DNA of 64,000 bases from Chloroflexota bacterium (GTDB lineage Bacteria; Chloroflexota; Dehalococcoidia; Lucifugimonadales; UBA3495), in contig JAQBVF010000016.1 in NCBI GenBank assembly GCA_027623675.1, positions 17,187 to 81,186 of the forward strand, written 5' to 3'. Made by a program: the position numbers and the translations under genes. Below are positions 28,491 through 38,542 of the stretch, in pieces; the stretch's first letter is position 1; each line of letters begins with the position of its first letter. Below the pieces are notes generated by a model, which worked only from the letters and a program-made list of their open reading frames with translations, was not told the DNA's origin and ran no database searches.

Positions 28491-29833
28491 TGACCGCTAC
28501 CCGTCCCAACACCTCTGAATCGCACTTCCAGTCTCACTACATCCCAAACACAACGGACGAACAGGCGGAGATGCTGGCCGCGCTGGGCATCGACTCCATC
28601 GATTCTCTTTTCGCGGACATACCGGCTGAGTTCCGCAACCCGCCCCTTGACCTGCCCGCTCCGCTATCCGAGCTGGAGATTCAGCAGGAGTTGGGCGGCT
28701 TGGCGGCCAAGAACCGGCCCATGGGCAGCGGCCCATCGTTCCTGGGCGCAGGATCCTACAACCATTTTATCCCCGCGATCGTTAAATCGTTGATCACCCG
28801 CGGCGAGTTCATCACCGCCTACACGCCCTACCAGGCCGAGGCCAGCCAAGGGACGCTGCAAGTTATCTACGAGTTCCAGACACTGATCTGCAACCTATAC
28901 GGGATGGAAGTGGCCAACGCCGGCATGTACGATGGCGCGACCAGTCTGGCCGAGGCGGCGCTGATGGCCTGCCGCGTGACCAAACGGGAGAAGATTGCCC
29001 TGGCCGACACCGTCTCACCCGCCTACTCGGCCGTGATTCGCACCTACTGCCAATCACAGGACATCGCGGTGACGACGGTCAGTCCCTCCGCACCCGATCT
29101 GGACTCTGAAACCGCCTGCCTGGTGCTGCAATACCCCAATTTCTTCGGGTACATCGAAGATCTGCAGTCGTTGACCGACGCCGCCCACGCCCAGGGCGCT
29201 CTGGCAGTTGTCTCTTGCGACCCCACCGCCATGGGCATGTTTCAGACCCCCGGCCATTACGGCGCCGATATCGTCACCGGCGACGGGCAGCCCCTGGGCA
29301 TACCGGCCAGCTACGGCGGACCGTACGTCGGCCTGTTCGCCACCAAGCAGAAATACATCCGCCAGATGCCCAGCCGTCTCTCGGGCCGCACGGTGGACAA
29401 GAACGGCAAGACCGGCTACGTGCTCACCCTGCAGACCAGAGAGCAGCACATCCGCCGCGAACGGGCCACGTCCAACATCTGCACCAACGAGGCCCTGTAC
29501 GCATTGGCAGCCACCATCTACCTGGCGGCCATGGGCAAGCACGGTGTACGCCAGGTGGCCGAGCTCTGCTACCACAAGGCCCATTACGCGGCGGCCAAGA
29601 TCGGCGAGTTGCCCGGTTACTCCCTGCCCATAACCGGTCCCTTCTTTCAGGAGTTTGTCGTCCAGTGCCCGGTTGCTCCGGCCGAGATCAACGCCAAGCT
29701 GATGGAGCGTAATATCCTGGGCGGGCTGGACGTGAGCAGCCAGGCCGCCAACGGCATGCTGCTATGCGTGACTGAGATGAGCAGCAAAGATGACATCGAC
29801 GCCTTGGCCGCGGCGCTCTCGGAGTTCAAGTAA
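28490..29833 (+). CDS. gcvPA: Glycine dehydrogenase subunit 1
   Basis: YTPYQAEASQG, TREQHIRRERATSNICTN. Confidence 0.96.
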   Translation: MTATRPNTSESHFQSHYIPNTTDEQAEMLAALGIDSIDSLFADIPAEFRNPPLDLPAPLSELEIQQELGGLAAKNRPMGSGPSFLGAGSYNHFIPAIVKSLITRGEFITAYTPYQAEASQGTLQVIYEFQTLICNLYGMEVANAGMYDGATSLAEAALMACRVTKREKIALADTVSPAYSAVIRTYCQSQDIAVTTVSPSAPDLDSETACLVLQYPNFFGYIEDLQSLTDAAHAQGALAVVSCDPTAMGMFQTPGHYGADIVTGDGQPLGIPASYGGPYVGLFATKQKYIRQMPSRLSGRTVDKNGKTGYVLTLQTREQHIRRERATSNICTNEALYALAATIYLAAMGKHGVRQVAELCYHKAHYAAAKIGELPGYSLPITGPFFQEFVVQCPVAPAEINAKLMERNILGGLDVSSQAANGMLLCVTEMSSKDDIDALAAALSEFK

Positions 29834-31299
29834 TGCGACAAGGCGGAAACCGGAAAACCGAGAAATTACTGATGCAAAGGAGCGTGCCGGGCCGGGTTGG
29901 CACGGTGATGCCGGACCTGGACGTTCCCCCTCAACCCATGCCTGACGGCGCTCTGCTCCGCAGCGAGCTGCCCCTGCCTGAGATATCCGAGCCCGAGGTG
30001 GTCCAGTACTTCACCGGGCTGAGCCTGTTGAACTTCTCCATCGACACCCATTTCTACCCCTTGGGCAGTTGCACCATGAAGTACAACCCCAAGATCAACG
30101 ACGAGATCGCCTTCCTGACCGGGTTCGCGGGCATCCACCCGCTGCAGCCCATCGAGCAATCCCAAGGCGCGCTGGACCTGATGTACCGCCTCCAAGGCTT
30201 CCTGGGGGAGATTACCGGTCTCCCCGCGGTGGGTCTTTCCACCCTGGCCGGGGCTCACGGTGAGTTGGGGGGCATGCTGATGATTCGCGCCCACCATCTG
30301 GCCAATGGGGACACCGGCCGCACCAAGGTGGCCATCCCCGACAGCGCCCACGGCACCAACCCGGCGTCGGCAGCCATGGCCGGCTTCGACGTGGTGGAAC
30401 TGGCCTCGGACTCGAATGGCAACGTTGACCTGGATGCCCTGCACAAGGTGGCCGGTCCGGACCTGGCCGGGGTGATGATTACTCTGCCCAGCACCCTGGG
30501 TTTGTTTGACACCAACATCGTGGAGGTCTGCCGTATCGTCCACGAGGCGGGAGGACTGGTCTACGGGGACGGCGCCAACATGAACGCCCTTTTGGGGAGG
30601 GTAAAGCTTGGCGACCTGGGCTTCGACGTCGCCCACCTGAACCTGCACAAGACTTTCAGCACGCCCCACGGCGGCGGCGGACCCGGCGCCGGTCCCGTCT
30701 GCGCCGCCGAGCGTTTGGCCCCCTACCTGGCGGCGCCCGTGATCACGAAACAGGGTGATTCCTTCGAGTTATCCACGCCGGAACACAGCATCGGAAAGCT
30801 GGGCGGCTTCCACGGGAATTTCGGAGTGTTGGTGCGGGCCTACACCTACATCCGCACGTTGGGCGCAGCGGGCGTGAAGTCCATCAGCGGCAACGCGGTG
30901 CTGAACGCCAATTATTTGATGAACGCCCTCCGCGGCACCTACCACCTGCCCTACGACCGAACCTGCATGCACGAGGCGGTCTTCTCGGCCGACCGGCAGA
31001 AGAAACGTGGTTCCAGCGGGTTAGAGATTGCCAAGCGGCTGTTGGACTACGGATTCCACGCCCCAACCATGTACTTCCCGCTCATCGTCCACGAAGCGCT
31101 CATGATCGAGCCGACGGAGTCGGAGACCAAGGAAACCATCGACGCGTTCGTCCAGGCGCTTATCGACATAGACCGCGAGGTCACGGAGAACAAAGAGCTG
31201 GTGAACAACGCCCCTCACACCACGCCGGTGGCCAGGCTGGACGAGGCCAAAGCGGCCCGCCAACCCGACCTGCGGTGGCAGCCGGAAGCCGCCGATTAA
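29833..31299 (+). CDS. gcvPB: Glycine dehydrogenase subunit 2
   Basis: PLGSCTMKYN, HLNLHKTF PLP lysine, PHGGGGPG. Confidence 0.96.
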   Translation: MRQGGNRKTEKLLMQRSVPGRVGTVMPDLDVPPQPMPDGALLRSELPLPEISEPEVVQYFTGLSLLNFSIDTHFYPLGSCTMKYNPKINDEIAFLTGFAGIHPLQPIEQSQGALDLMYRLQGFLGEITGLPAVGLSTLAGAHGELGGMLMIRAHHLANGDTGRTKVAIPDSAHGTNPASAAMAGFDVVELASDSNGNVDLDALHKVAGPDLAGVMITLPSTLGLFDTNIVEVCRIVHEAGGLVYGDGANMNALLGRVKLGDLGFDVAHLNLHKTFSTPHGGGGPGAGPVCAAERLAPYLAAPVITKQGDSFELSTPEHSIGKLGGFHGNFGVLVRAYTYIRTLGAAGVKSISGNAVLNANYLMNALRGTYHLPYDRTCMHEAVFSADRQKKRGSSGLEIAKRLLDYGFHAPTMYFPLIVHEALMIEPTESETKETIDAFVQALIDIDREVTENKELVNNAPHTTPVARLDEAKAARQPDLRWQPEAAD

Positions 31300-31308
31300 G
31301 TATTGGGC

Positions 31309-32244
31309 CTAGGCGTTCTTCTCCGCATCCAGGATGGCCTGTAGCACCGCCTCATCAACCCTTACCTCCACTCCGGCGCGCTCTTCCTGCAGCAGCATGG
31401 CAACGCGGGAGTCGCGGTTGCCCCAGCCCCGGTTGATGGCCTCGGTCATCTCCATCAGGGTCAGGTTGGCCAGACGCATGGGCACATCGAACTCGCGGCC
31501 GACGGACACGGCCAGGTCGACATCTTTGCGGGCCAGGTTCAGGGCGAAGTCGGCTGGATCGAACTTGCCGGGCAAAAGGTGCTCGGCCAGACCCTCAAAG
31601 GTCCCGCGCCGCCCCTGAGCGCCTTTGCGAACGGCCTGCCAAAGGGCCAGTGGCTCCACGCCAGCCTTGACCCCCATGGTGAATACCTCGGCCAGGGCTG
31701 CCTGCACCACGTACCCGGTGCAGTTGTGCACCAGCTTGGCCACTGCGCCGCAGCCGATGGGGCCGACGTAGTAGGCGGCGTTGCCGATGGAATCCAATAC
31801 GGGCTTGCAGCGGTCGAACACGTCTTTGTCGCCGCCGACCCAGATGGCCAGGTTTCGGCTGGCGGCGCCTCTGGGGCCGCCACTCACCGGAGCATCCAAG
31901 ACGTCGATGCCTCGCGCCGCGGCCTCCGCGTGAATCTTCCGGATCATCCCCGGAGTGCTGGTGCTCAGGTCGAAATAGACCTTGCCCGCGCTCATGCCCT
32001 CCATGATGCCGGCCTCGCCCAGGGCCACCGCCTCAACCTGAGTTGGGCCTGGCAATGATGTGAAGACGATCTCCGACTGCTCAGCCACCTCTCTGGGGGA
32101 GTCGGCCCACGTTGCCCCGGCTTCCAGATGCCGGGTGGCCGAAGCCGGGTTGATGTCGTGGACCACCAGGTCATTTCCGCCGTCCAGGGCGTTGTAAGCC
32201 ATATGGCCGCCCATGGTGCCCAGTCCGATAAATCCTACCTTCAT
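31309..32244 (-). CDS. NAD(P)-dependent beta-hydroxyacid dehydrogenase (3-hydroxyisobutyrate DH family)
   Basis: GFIGLGTMG, DAPVSGG, AKLVHN; ATG at 32244. Confidence 0.9.
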   Translation of the reverse strand: MKVGFIGLGTMGGHMAYNALDGGNDLVVHDINPASATRHLEAGATWADSPREVAEQSEIVFTSLPGPTQVEAVALGEAGIMEGMSAGKVYFDLSTSTPGMIRKIHAEAAARGIDVLDAPVSGGPRGAASRNLAIWVGGDKDVFDRCKPVLDSIGNAAYYVGPIGCGAVAKLVHNCTGYVVQAALAEVFTMGVKAGVEPLALWQAVRKGAQGRRGTFEGLAEHLLPGKFDPADFALNLARKDVDLAVSVGREFDVPMRLANLTLMEMTEAINRGWGNRDSRVAMLLQEERAGVEVRVDEAVLQAILDAEKNA

Positions 32245-32407
32245 CTTGTCCTCCGCGGCGGGCGTAACCCGCGCATATCTATTCGCTCTGTGGCGGTGCG
32301 TAACATAACATAGCCCACCTTTATGGCACCACCAGCGCCAAGCATCGGGGAGTGGGGTAGAATTAGGGCGGATCAGGCCAGCGCGCCAATCGAGAACGGG
32401 GGCAATC

Positions 32408-33379
32408 ATGGTGGACCAACGAGAGAGACTCTGGGACTTCGATTCGGTGGAACCGGGTCAGGTCGGCAACGAGACTGTGGTGGAGATCACGGCCGAGAAT
32501 ATCGAGGGATACGCTCGGGTCGCTTTGAACCCCGACCCCAGATACCGCGCCGGCGTCGGTGACTTGGTGGCCATGCCCAGCATGGTCCTCAGCTACGCGC
32601 CGCTGCTGCGGGAGGAGATCGCCGAGGCCAACGGATTTGTGGCCTTGGAACAGTCGACGACCGCCCGGCGGCAGACGCCCTTCGCCAAGTGCGAGATCCG
32701 CTGGTTCCTGCCGGTGAAGCCCGGCGACACCATCACGGGCCGGCGGCGGGTGCAGGAGAAGTATGAGCGCCGGGGCAGTAAGTTCGTTACCTTCAGGGTG
32801 GAGGCCATCAACCAGCGGGGCGAAAAGGCCGCTGAGTACGACTACACCTGCATCTTCGAGTACGCCAAGGGGCAGCGCGAGGTTCCCGGCAAGGGAGGCG
32901 CGCCAAAGCCGTCTGAACCCGCCGCCGCGCCTGTTACGTCCGGAGCAGGGTTGGTGGACTTTGGTTCAGCATCCGTCGGAGACAAGCTGGCTGAGTTGGC
33001 GATCACCGAGAGCCAAGAGATCATGAACCGCAAGAACGATTTCCGGCTGGCGGGAAGGCCCCACGACAGCAACATCCACACCGACGAGGAGTTCGCCAAG
33101 CAGAACATCTTCGGCAGCACCACCAACTCGGGGCCAGCCACCATGTCCTACGTGGACCAGATGCTGGAAAAATCCTTCCCCGTCAGCAGCTTCAACTCGG
33201 GCGGCACCCTGCTCATGCGCGCCATCACACCCTTCCGGGGCGGCGACACAGTCAACTTCGAAGGCGAGATAACCGGCAAGCGCGATGAAGGCGGCAGGAA
33301 GCTGCTGGAATGCCGGGTCAAAGGCATCAACCAACGGGGCGAGTTGGTCTGTCTGTCGGATGCGGTTTTGGTTTTCTGA
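32408..33379 (+). CDS. Double hot-dog MaoC-like dehydratase
   Basis: Two MaoC-like halves; NIHTDEEFA in the second. Confidence 0.75.
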   Translation: MVDQRERLWDFDSVEPGQVGNETVVEITAENIEGYARVALNPDPRYRAGVGDLVAMPSMVLSYAPLLREEIAEANGFVALEQSTTARRQTPFAKCEIRWFLPVKPGDTITGRRRVQEKYERRGSKFVTFRVEAINQRGEKAAEYDYTCIFEYAKGQREVPGKGGAPKPSEPAAAPVTSGAGLVDFGSASVGDKLAELAITESQEIMNRKNDFRLAGRPHDSNIHTDEEFAKQNIFGSTTNSGPATMSYVDQMLEKSFPVSSFNSGGTLLMRAITPFRGGDTVNFEGEITGKRDEGGRKLLECRVKGINQRGELVCLSDAVLVF

Positions 33380-33389
33380 TCCTATTCCG

Positions 33390-33602
33390 CTAAGCGGGAA
33401 CTTCCACCGTGTCAGACCAAGCCGATGGCTCCGGGATTGACAGGTTCTCCAGCCTGATTCCCTCTATATGAAACACGATTGCCTCACGAATATTGCGTTT
33501 GACCTCATCGGGCGTTTCACCGGTGGCGATGCATCCTGGCAGGTCAGGGACGTAAGCGGAGAAGTTTTCCTTCGTTCTTTCGTAGACCACTGCGTATCTC
33601 AT
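33390..33602 (-). CDS. hicB: HicB family antitoxin (short, no obvious DNA-binding domain)
   Basis: AYVPDLPGCIATGET...NIREAI; TAATG overlap with hicA. Confidence 0.9.
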   Translation of the reverse strand: MRYAVVYERTKENFSAYVPDLPGCIATGETPDEVKRNIREAIVFHIEGIRLENLSIPEPSAWSDTVEVPA

Positions 33603-33802
33603 TATTCGTCCTCGAGCCTGAGCCCCGCTTGCTTCACGATACTGTTCCACGTACCGGGTGGCAGGTCATGACTCATCGCCCCCGCGATCGTAACTAATCC
33701 CAATTTAACTGGATGTTTGTACTGACGATGGCTGCCCTTCGTCCGCGCCAGGTACCAACCATCTTGTTGGATGGCCCTTATGGCATCCCTAACTTTTGGC
33801 AC
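33602..33802 (-). CDS. hicA: HicA family mRNA interferase toxin
   Basis: DGWYLARTKGSHRQYKHP...GTWNSI. Confidence 0.92.
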   Translation of the reverse strand: MPKVRDAIRAIQQDGWYLARTKGSHRQYKHPVKLGLVTIAGAMSHDLPPGTWNSIVKQAGLRLEDE

Positions 33803-33912
33803 AAATTTTCAGCGCCAATTCGTTTAATAGCATAGTCGTCGTTTCTAAATTCGATTTTATCATTCGGCAACCGATTTAATTCCTGCTTGCCAAGCTCGCG
33901 CCATCGACCAAC

Positions 33913-34335
33913 CTACCGCAGCTTCCCGTAGACGCGGTCCGGTTTCACCAGGACTATGACCGCGTCTTGTTTGACCATCGCCTCGTCGTATTCTTCCCAG
34001 TCCGGGTGTTCCTTGTCTCCGCAGGCCCGGAAGACCTCCCGCAGTTCCACCCGCATCTTCTCCGGGTCGGTGTTGCGGTAGTCCATGAGCGTGGCCTGGC
34101 CCTCAACCACGGCGCAGGTGCGCCAGTTGTCGGACACCGACATCACGGTGCACCTGGGGTCCCGCCTCAGGTTGCGCGCTTTGGCCGAACTGCCGCGCAC
34201 GATCACGAACGCAGCGTTGCCCTGGTAGGCGCCGCACACCACGATGCTGGAATGGGCGGCGCCGTTCCCCTGAAACGTGGTGATCACGCCCCGGTGGTTC
34301 CGTTCAAAATGCGGCCGTATCTCATCAAAGTCCAA
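33913..34335 (-). CDS. PPOX-class F420-dependent oxidoreductase
   Basis: AKARNLRRDPR, EHPDWEEYDEAM; TTG start after GGTGGAG. Confidence 0.85.
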   Translation of the reverse strand: MDFDEIRPHFERNHRGVITTFQGNGAAHSSIVVCGAYQGNAAFVIVRGSSAKARNLRRDPRCTVMSVSDNWRTCAVVEGQATLMDYRNTDPEKMRVELREVFRACGDKEHPDWEEYDEAMVKQDAVIVLVKPDRVYGKLR

Positions 34336-34481
34336 AACTCCACCTCGCGGTTGAATGGCTCGTGGCAGGGGCGCGTTCCGGCCCGGCTTCTGGTATACCA
34401 TAGCAGACAACTATCCTGCATCGTCATAGGCTGGCCCGATAAGCTGGCTGGCAGATGTCTTTAACCGCTAGAGGTCGTTAA

Positions 34482-35288
34482 GTGGAATATCGAGAGTTGG
34501 GCGGCACCGGGGAGATGGTCCCCGAGGTTGGACTGGGAACCTGGAAGTACACGGGCGGCTCCGAACCCCTGCGGAAGGGCATCGAGCTTGGCGCCAACCT
34601 GATCGACACCGCCGAGATGTACCGCACTGAGGACGCCGTGGGCGTGGCCATCCAAGGCATCCGCGACAAGGTATTCTTGGCCACCAAGGTCTTGAGCAGC
34701 CACCTCCGGTATGACGCCGTGCTGAAGGCCGCCGAAGACAGCCTGCGCCTTTTGAATGACGACGTCATCGACCTCTACCAGATCCATTCTCCCAATCCCG
34801 GCGTGCCCATCATCGAGACCATGCGGGCCATGGAAGACCTGGTGGACCGTGGCGTGGTCCGGTACATCGGGGTGAGCAATTTCTCGGTGGCCCAGCTCCG
34901 GGAGGCCCAGCAAGCGATGAACAGATACCCGGTGGTTTCCAACCAGGTGCTCTACAACCTCAAGCGGCGGCAGATCGAACGTGACCTGGTCCCCTACTGC
35001 GTGGACAACAAGATCACCATCATGGCCTACACGCCATTGGCCGCCGGCGGGCTTTCGGGCCGGTCCTGGCTCATGCCCGACAAGAGGAGCGCGGTCCTGG
35101 CGGCGGTGGCCGAAGAGACCGGCAAAACCCCAGCCCAGGTCGCCCTCAATTGGTGCCTATCCCGGCCCAATGTGATCGTCATCCCCAAGAGCAACAGCGT
35201 CGCCCGAACGATCGAGAACTGCGAGGCCTCGGGCTGGTTGCTGACGGCCAGCCAGGTTGCAGCTCTGGACCAGGCCTACCCGATCTAG
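34482..35288 (+). CDS. Aldo/keto reductase
   Basis: GLGTW, IDTAEMY, IDLYQIH, IGVSNF, IPKS. Confidence 0.93.
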   Translation: MEYRELGGTGEMVPEVGLGTWKYTGGSEPLRKGIELGANLIDTAEMYRTEDAVGVAIQGIRDKVFLATKVLSSHLRYDAVLKAAEDSLRLLNDDVIDLYQIHSPNPGVPIIETMRAMEDLVDRGVVRYIGVSNFSVAQLREAQQAMNRYPVVSNQVLYNLKRRQIERDLVPYCVDNKITIMAYTPLAAGGLSGRSWLMPDKRSAVLAAVAEETGKTPAQVALNWCLSRPNVIVIPKSNSVARTIENCEASGWLLTASQVAALDQAYPI

Positions 35289-35356
35289 TTCTGTTGCCCC
35301 GGGCTCTTTCTTTTGGTGTCCGGGGCTTAGGGAAGGCGTTTCCAAGATAGCCTTAG

Positions 35357-35406
35357 TTGACAAATTATGGCACCCATTTTACCGTGTAAGCATGCGTTCA
35401 CTTACA
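35357..35406 (+). promoter_or_regulatory. Promoter with palindromic operator (probable TetR autoregulatory site)
   Basis: TTGACA-17 nt-TACCGT followed by TGTAAG-N10-CTTACA (35385..35406). Confidence 0.65.
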
Positions 35407-35423
35407 TCAATAGGGGTGCGGCT

Positions 35424-36020
35424 ATGATTCGGCAGACTTCCTCCATTCGTAGACACCAGATCATAGAAGCAGCCCAGGGGTTGATCACCAACCGAGGCAT
35501 GGACGCGGTGACCATCGACGCAATCGCGGAGGCGGTGGGGCTGAGTGAAGGGGCCATTTACCGGCACTTTTCCAGCAAGCACCAGATCCTGCTCCAGTTG
35601 ATCGATGAGTTGGAACAAGGTCTGCTGGCAACCGTGGAACTGGCCCAAACCACGCAGCCCGACGCCCTCCAAGCCATGGAATGTATCTTGGAGTCCCACC
35701 TGGCTGATGTGGAAGGTTCCCGTGGTGTGTCCTTCGTGGTGGTTTCAGGCGCCATGGGATTTGAAGGCATCGGTTTGTCGGACCGCGTCCGGGATATGCT
35801 AGACCGCTATCTGGACGCCATCAAAGGGGTGCTGCGGCGCGGCGTTGCCGAAGGCCATTTCTATCGAGACCTAGATCTAGACGCCGCAGCCTTCACCTTT
35901 TTCGGGATGATTCAAAGCACCGCGACCATCTGGGCACTCAACGGGTATAGCTGGTCTCTCGACCAGTGGCGCAAGCAGATCCTGAACGTCTACATGCACG
36001 GAGTGGCAGCGCCACGCTAG
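35424..36020 (+). CDS. TetR/AcrR family regulator
   Basis: TIDAIAEAVGLSEGAIYRHFSSK HTH. Confidence 0.92.
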   Translation: MIRQTSSIRRHQIIEAAQGLITNRGMDAVTIDAIAEAVGLSEGAIYRHFSSKHQILLQLIDELEQGLLATVELAQTTQPDALQAMECILESHLADVEGSRGVSFVVVSGAMGFEGIGLSDRVRDMLDRYLDAIKGVLRRGVAEGHFYRDLDLDAAAFTFFGMIQSTATIWALNGYSWSLDQWRKQILNVYMHGVAAPR

Positions 36021-36078
36021 TTGCCCACCCCCTCTACCCCGAGAACAACCAGCCCCGGCAGTCAAATAGGAGGCACAA

Positions 36079-37320
36079 ATGATGGCTATTATGGAAACCA
36101 ACGACACAGAACGCGGGGAGTACTCAAGAAATGAGGACAGCCCAATCATCTCCGTGAGGTCCCTGTGGAAGGTCTTCGGCAAGAACCCGGACCGGGCACT
36201 CGAAGAGCCCTACGCCCGGCAGACCCGCGCCGAGGTCCAACAAGAGCTAGACCTGGTTGTAGCCCTCCGCGACGTGTCCTTCGATGTGGAGCGGGGAGAG
36301 ACCTTCGTGGTCATGGGTTTGTCGGGTAGCGGCAAGTCCACATTGGTGCGGTGCCTGATCAACCTGGTTGATGCGACATCCGGCGAGATACTGGTGGAAG
36401 GGAACGACATCACCAAGTTCAGCGCCAAAGAGCTGCAGGAATTCCGCCGTACCGAGATCGCCATGGTCTTCCAGAACTTTGGGCTGCTGCCCCACAAGTC
36501 GGTCCTGGAAAATGCCGCCTACGGGCTTGAAGTGCGGGGCGTAAATAAGAAAGAAAGGCATGCCATCGCCCAGGAAATGCTGGCGAAGGTGGGTTTGGCC
36601 GGTTGGGAGAACTCCAATCAACGGGAACTGAGCGGCGGCATGCAGCAACGGGTCGGACTGGCCCGTGCTTTGGCCGTCGACCCCGCCATCCTGCTCATGG
36701 ACGAGCCTTTCAGTGGCTTGGACCCGTTGATCAGGCGGCAGATGCGAGAGGAACTGGCCGCCCTGCAAGACGAGATCCAAAAGACCATCATATTTATCAC
36801 CCACGATCTGGATGAAGCCATCACCATCGGCGATCGTATCGCCATCATGCGGGATGGCGAGATCATCCAATTGGGCACGCCCAAGGAGATAATCACCGAT
36901 CCCGCCGACGAATTCGTCCGGGAGTTCACCCAGGGCATCTCCGCGACCAAGGATATGGAGGTCGGCCACATCGTCAGCAAGCCCGACGTGGTCTGCTTCG
37001 AAACTGAATCGTGCGATGATCTGCTTGGCAGGATGGACCGGGCGCAATGCGACTACGCGGTGGGCATTGGCCAAGAGAAGAATTTCCTGGGCCTGATCAG
37101 CCGCGAGGAGTTGAGCGGCGCCAACGGTTCCAGCGCCAACGGCCTGTGCGGAGCGCTCGACCGTTCGGTGGTCCCGGTGCTGAATAACACCGTCCTAGAA
37201 GAGATAATCCCCCTTCTCACCGAAGACGGCCGCCCTCTGCCGGTGGTCGACGAGAACAACACTTTCGTTGGGGTCGCCACTCAGCAAGACCTGCTGAAGG
37301 CCGTGGCGACCGGCCTATAG
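36079..37320 (+). CDS. proV: Glycine betaine/proline-type ABC ATPase with CBS domains (ProV/OpuAA-like)
   Basis: GLSGSGKST, LSGGMQQRVGLARALA, FITHDLDEA. Confidence 0.88.
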   Translation: MMAIMETNDTERGEYSRNEDSPIISVRSLWKVFGKNPDRALEEPYARQTRAEVQQELDLVVALRDVSFDVERGETFVVMGLSGSGKSTLVRCLINLVDATSGEILVEGNDITKFSAKELQEFRRTEIAMVFQNFGLLPHKSVLENAAYGLEVRGVNKKERHAIAQEMLAKVGLAGWENSNQRELSGGMQQRVGLARALAVDPAILLMDEPFSGLDPLIRRQMREELAALQDEIQKTIIFITHDLDEAITIGDRIAIMRDGEIIQLGTPKEIITDPADEFVREFTQGISATKDMEVGHIVSKPDVVCFETESCDDLLGRMDRAQCDYAVGIGQEKNFLGLISREELSGANGSSANGLCGALDRSVVPVLNNTVLEEIIPLLTEDGRPLPVVDENNTFVGVATQQDLLKAVATGL

Positions 37321-37387
37321 ACTCAGGTCCACTGGAAGCCATCTCGGCTGCCCAGTCTATCTGGCCGCCCAACTCTAGGAGAACATC

Positions 37388-38410
37388 ATGGTTACGAAAA
37401 CACCACTCGCCAAAAGAATCGCCAGTATAGTCACTGGTACAAGCCCCGATACCGTTAGCAGCGAGGCTCAGAAGGCAGCCAGACTCGCCCTGGTCGCCAT
37501 AGTCATCGGCGGCGCGCTGGTTGCGTCTTTCCTGATCCACCAATTCAACGCTCAGTCGGCCCTGGAATACCCCTCCAACGTGGGTCCTGACGTAACCAAC
37601 GTGATTGACAACGCCATAGACTGGACCATCATCAACATGGCCTGGTTCTTCGATAGCATCAGCGACTTCCTCAAGATCGCGCTGGGCAAGCTCCGCGATT
37701 TCCTGGTCTGGGTCCCCTGGCCCGTTATGGTGGGACTGATATTCTTGGTCGGCTGGCGCGCAGCTTCACTCCGCATCGGTATAGCGTCAGCCATCGGCTT
37801 GCTCGCCATCGGGTTCGTCAACCTGTGGGAGCCGACCATGGTGACCGTAGCGATTCTGATCGTATCCGTGACCATCGCGGTGGTGATCGGCATACCGGTT
37901 GGAGTGCTAAGCGCTCGAAGCAACCTGGTGGACACAATGACCCGGCCGGTGCTGGACGCCATGCAGACCATGCCCAGCTTCGTATATCTGGTGCCCGGCA
38001 TAATGCTGTTTGGCCTGGGCAACGTGGCCGCCGTGCTGGCCACGGTCCTCTATGCCATACCGCCTTGCATCCGGTTGACCAACCTGGGCATCCGGCAGGT
38101 CGACCCGTCCGTGGTGGAGGCGGGCCGTTCCTTCGGTTCCAGTCCCTTGCAGCTATTGATCAAGGTGCAGATACCCATGGCAATCCCCACCATCATGGCC
38201 GGCGTCAACCAAACGGTGATGATGGCATTGGCCATGGCAACCATCGCAGCCATGGTGGGCGCTGGGGGCTTGGGCATCGAGGTCCTGCGTTCCATGGGGC
38301 AGCTGGAAGAGGGCCGGGCCTTCGTGGCCGGCGCCGCCATCGTGGTGATGGCGATCATCATCGACCGTATCTCCCAGGGGTATATCCTCTCCAAGGACAA
38401 CCAGGGCTAA
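37388..38410 (+). CDS. proW: Glycine betaine/proline-type ABC permease (ProW/OpuAB-like)
   Basis: PVLDAMQTMPSFVYLVP, RLTNLGIRQV..EAG, GVNQT. Confidence 0.88.
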   Translation: MVTKTPLAKRIASIVTGTSPDTVSSEAQKAARLALVAIVIGGALVASFLIHQFNAQSALEYPSNVGPDVTNVIDNAIDWTIINMAWFFDSISDFLKIALGKLRDFLVWVPWPVMVGLIFLVGWRAASLRIGIASAIGLLAIGFVNLWEPTMVTVAILIVSVTIAVVIGIPVGVLSARSNLVDTMTRPVLDAMQTMPSFVYLVPGIMLFGLGNVAAVLATVLYAIPPCIRLTNLGIRQVDPSVVEAGRSFGSSPLQLLIKVQIPMAIPTIMAGVNQTVMMALAMATIAAMVGAGGLGIEVLRSMGQLEEGRAFVAGAAIVVMAIIIDRISQGYILSKDNQG

Positions 38411-38454
38411 ACGCAGGCCCGCCCCTGTTGCGCCGGTAATCCCGGAACAACTAG

Positions 38455-38488
38455 AAAGCCCCGTTCATCCGCGGATGAACGGGGCTTT
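38455..38488. terminator. Bidirectional terminator between convergent proW and proX
   Basis: Perfect 34-bp palindrome AAAGCCCCGTTCATCCGCGGATGAACGGGGCTTT. Confidence 0.8.
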
Positions 38489-38542
38489 GGAAGAACGGGG
38501 CTTTCTGATTCGCTCGAATGCTTGGTGGGCTGTAGTTGCGGT

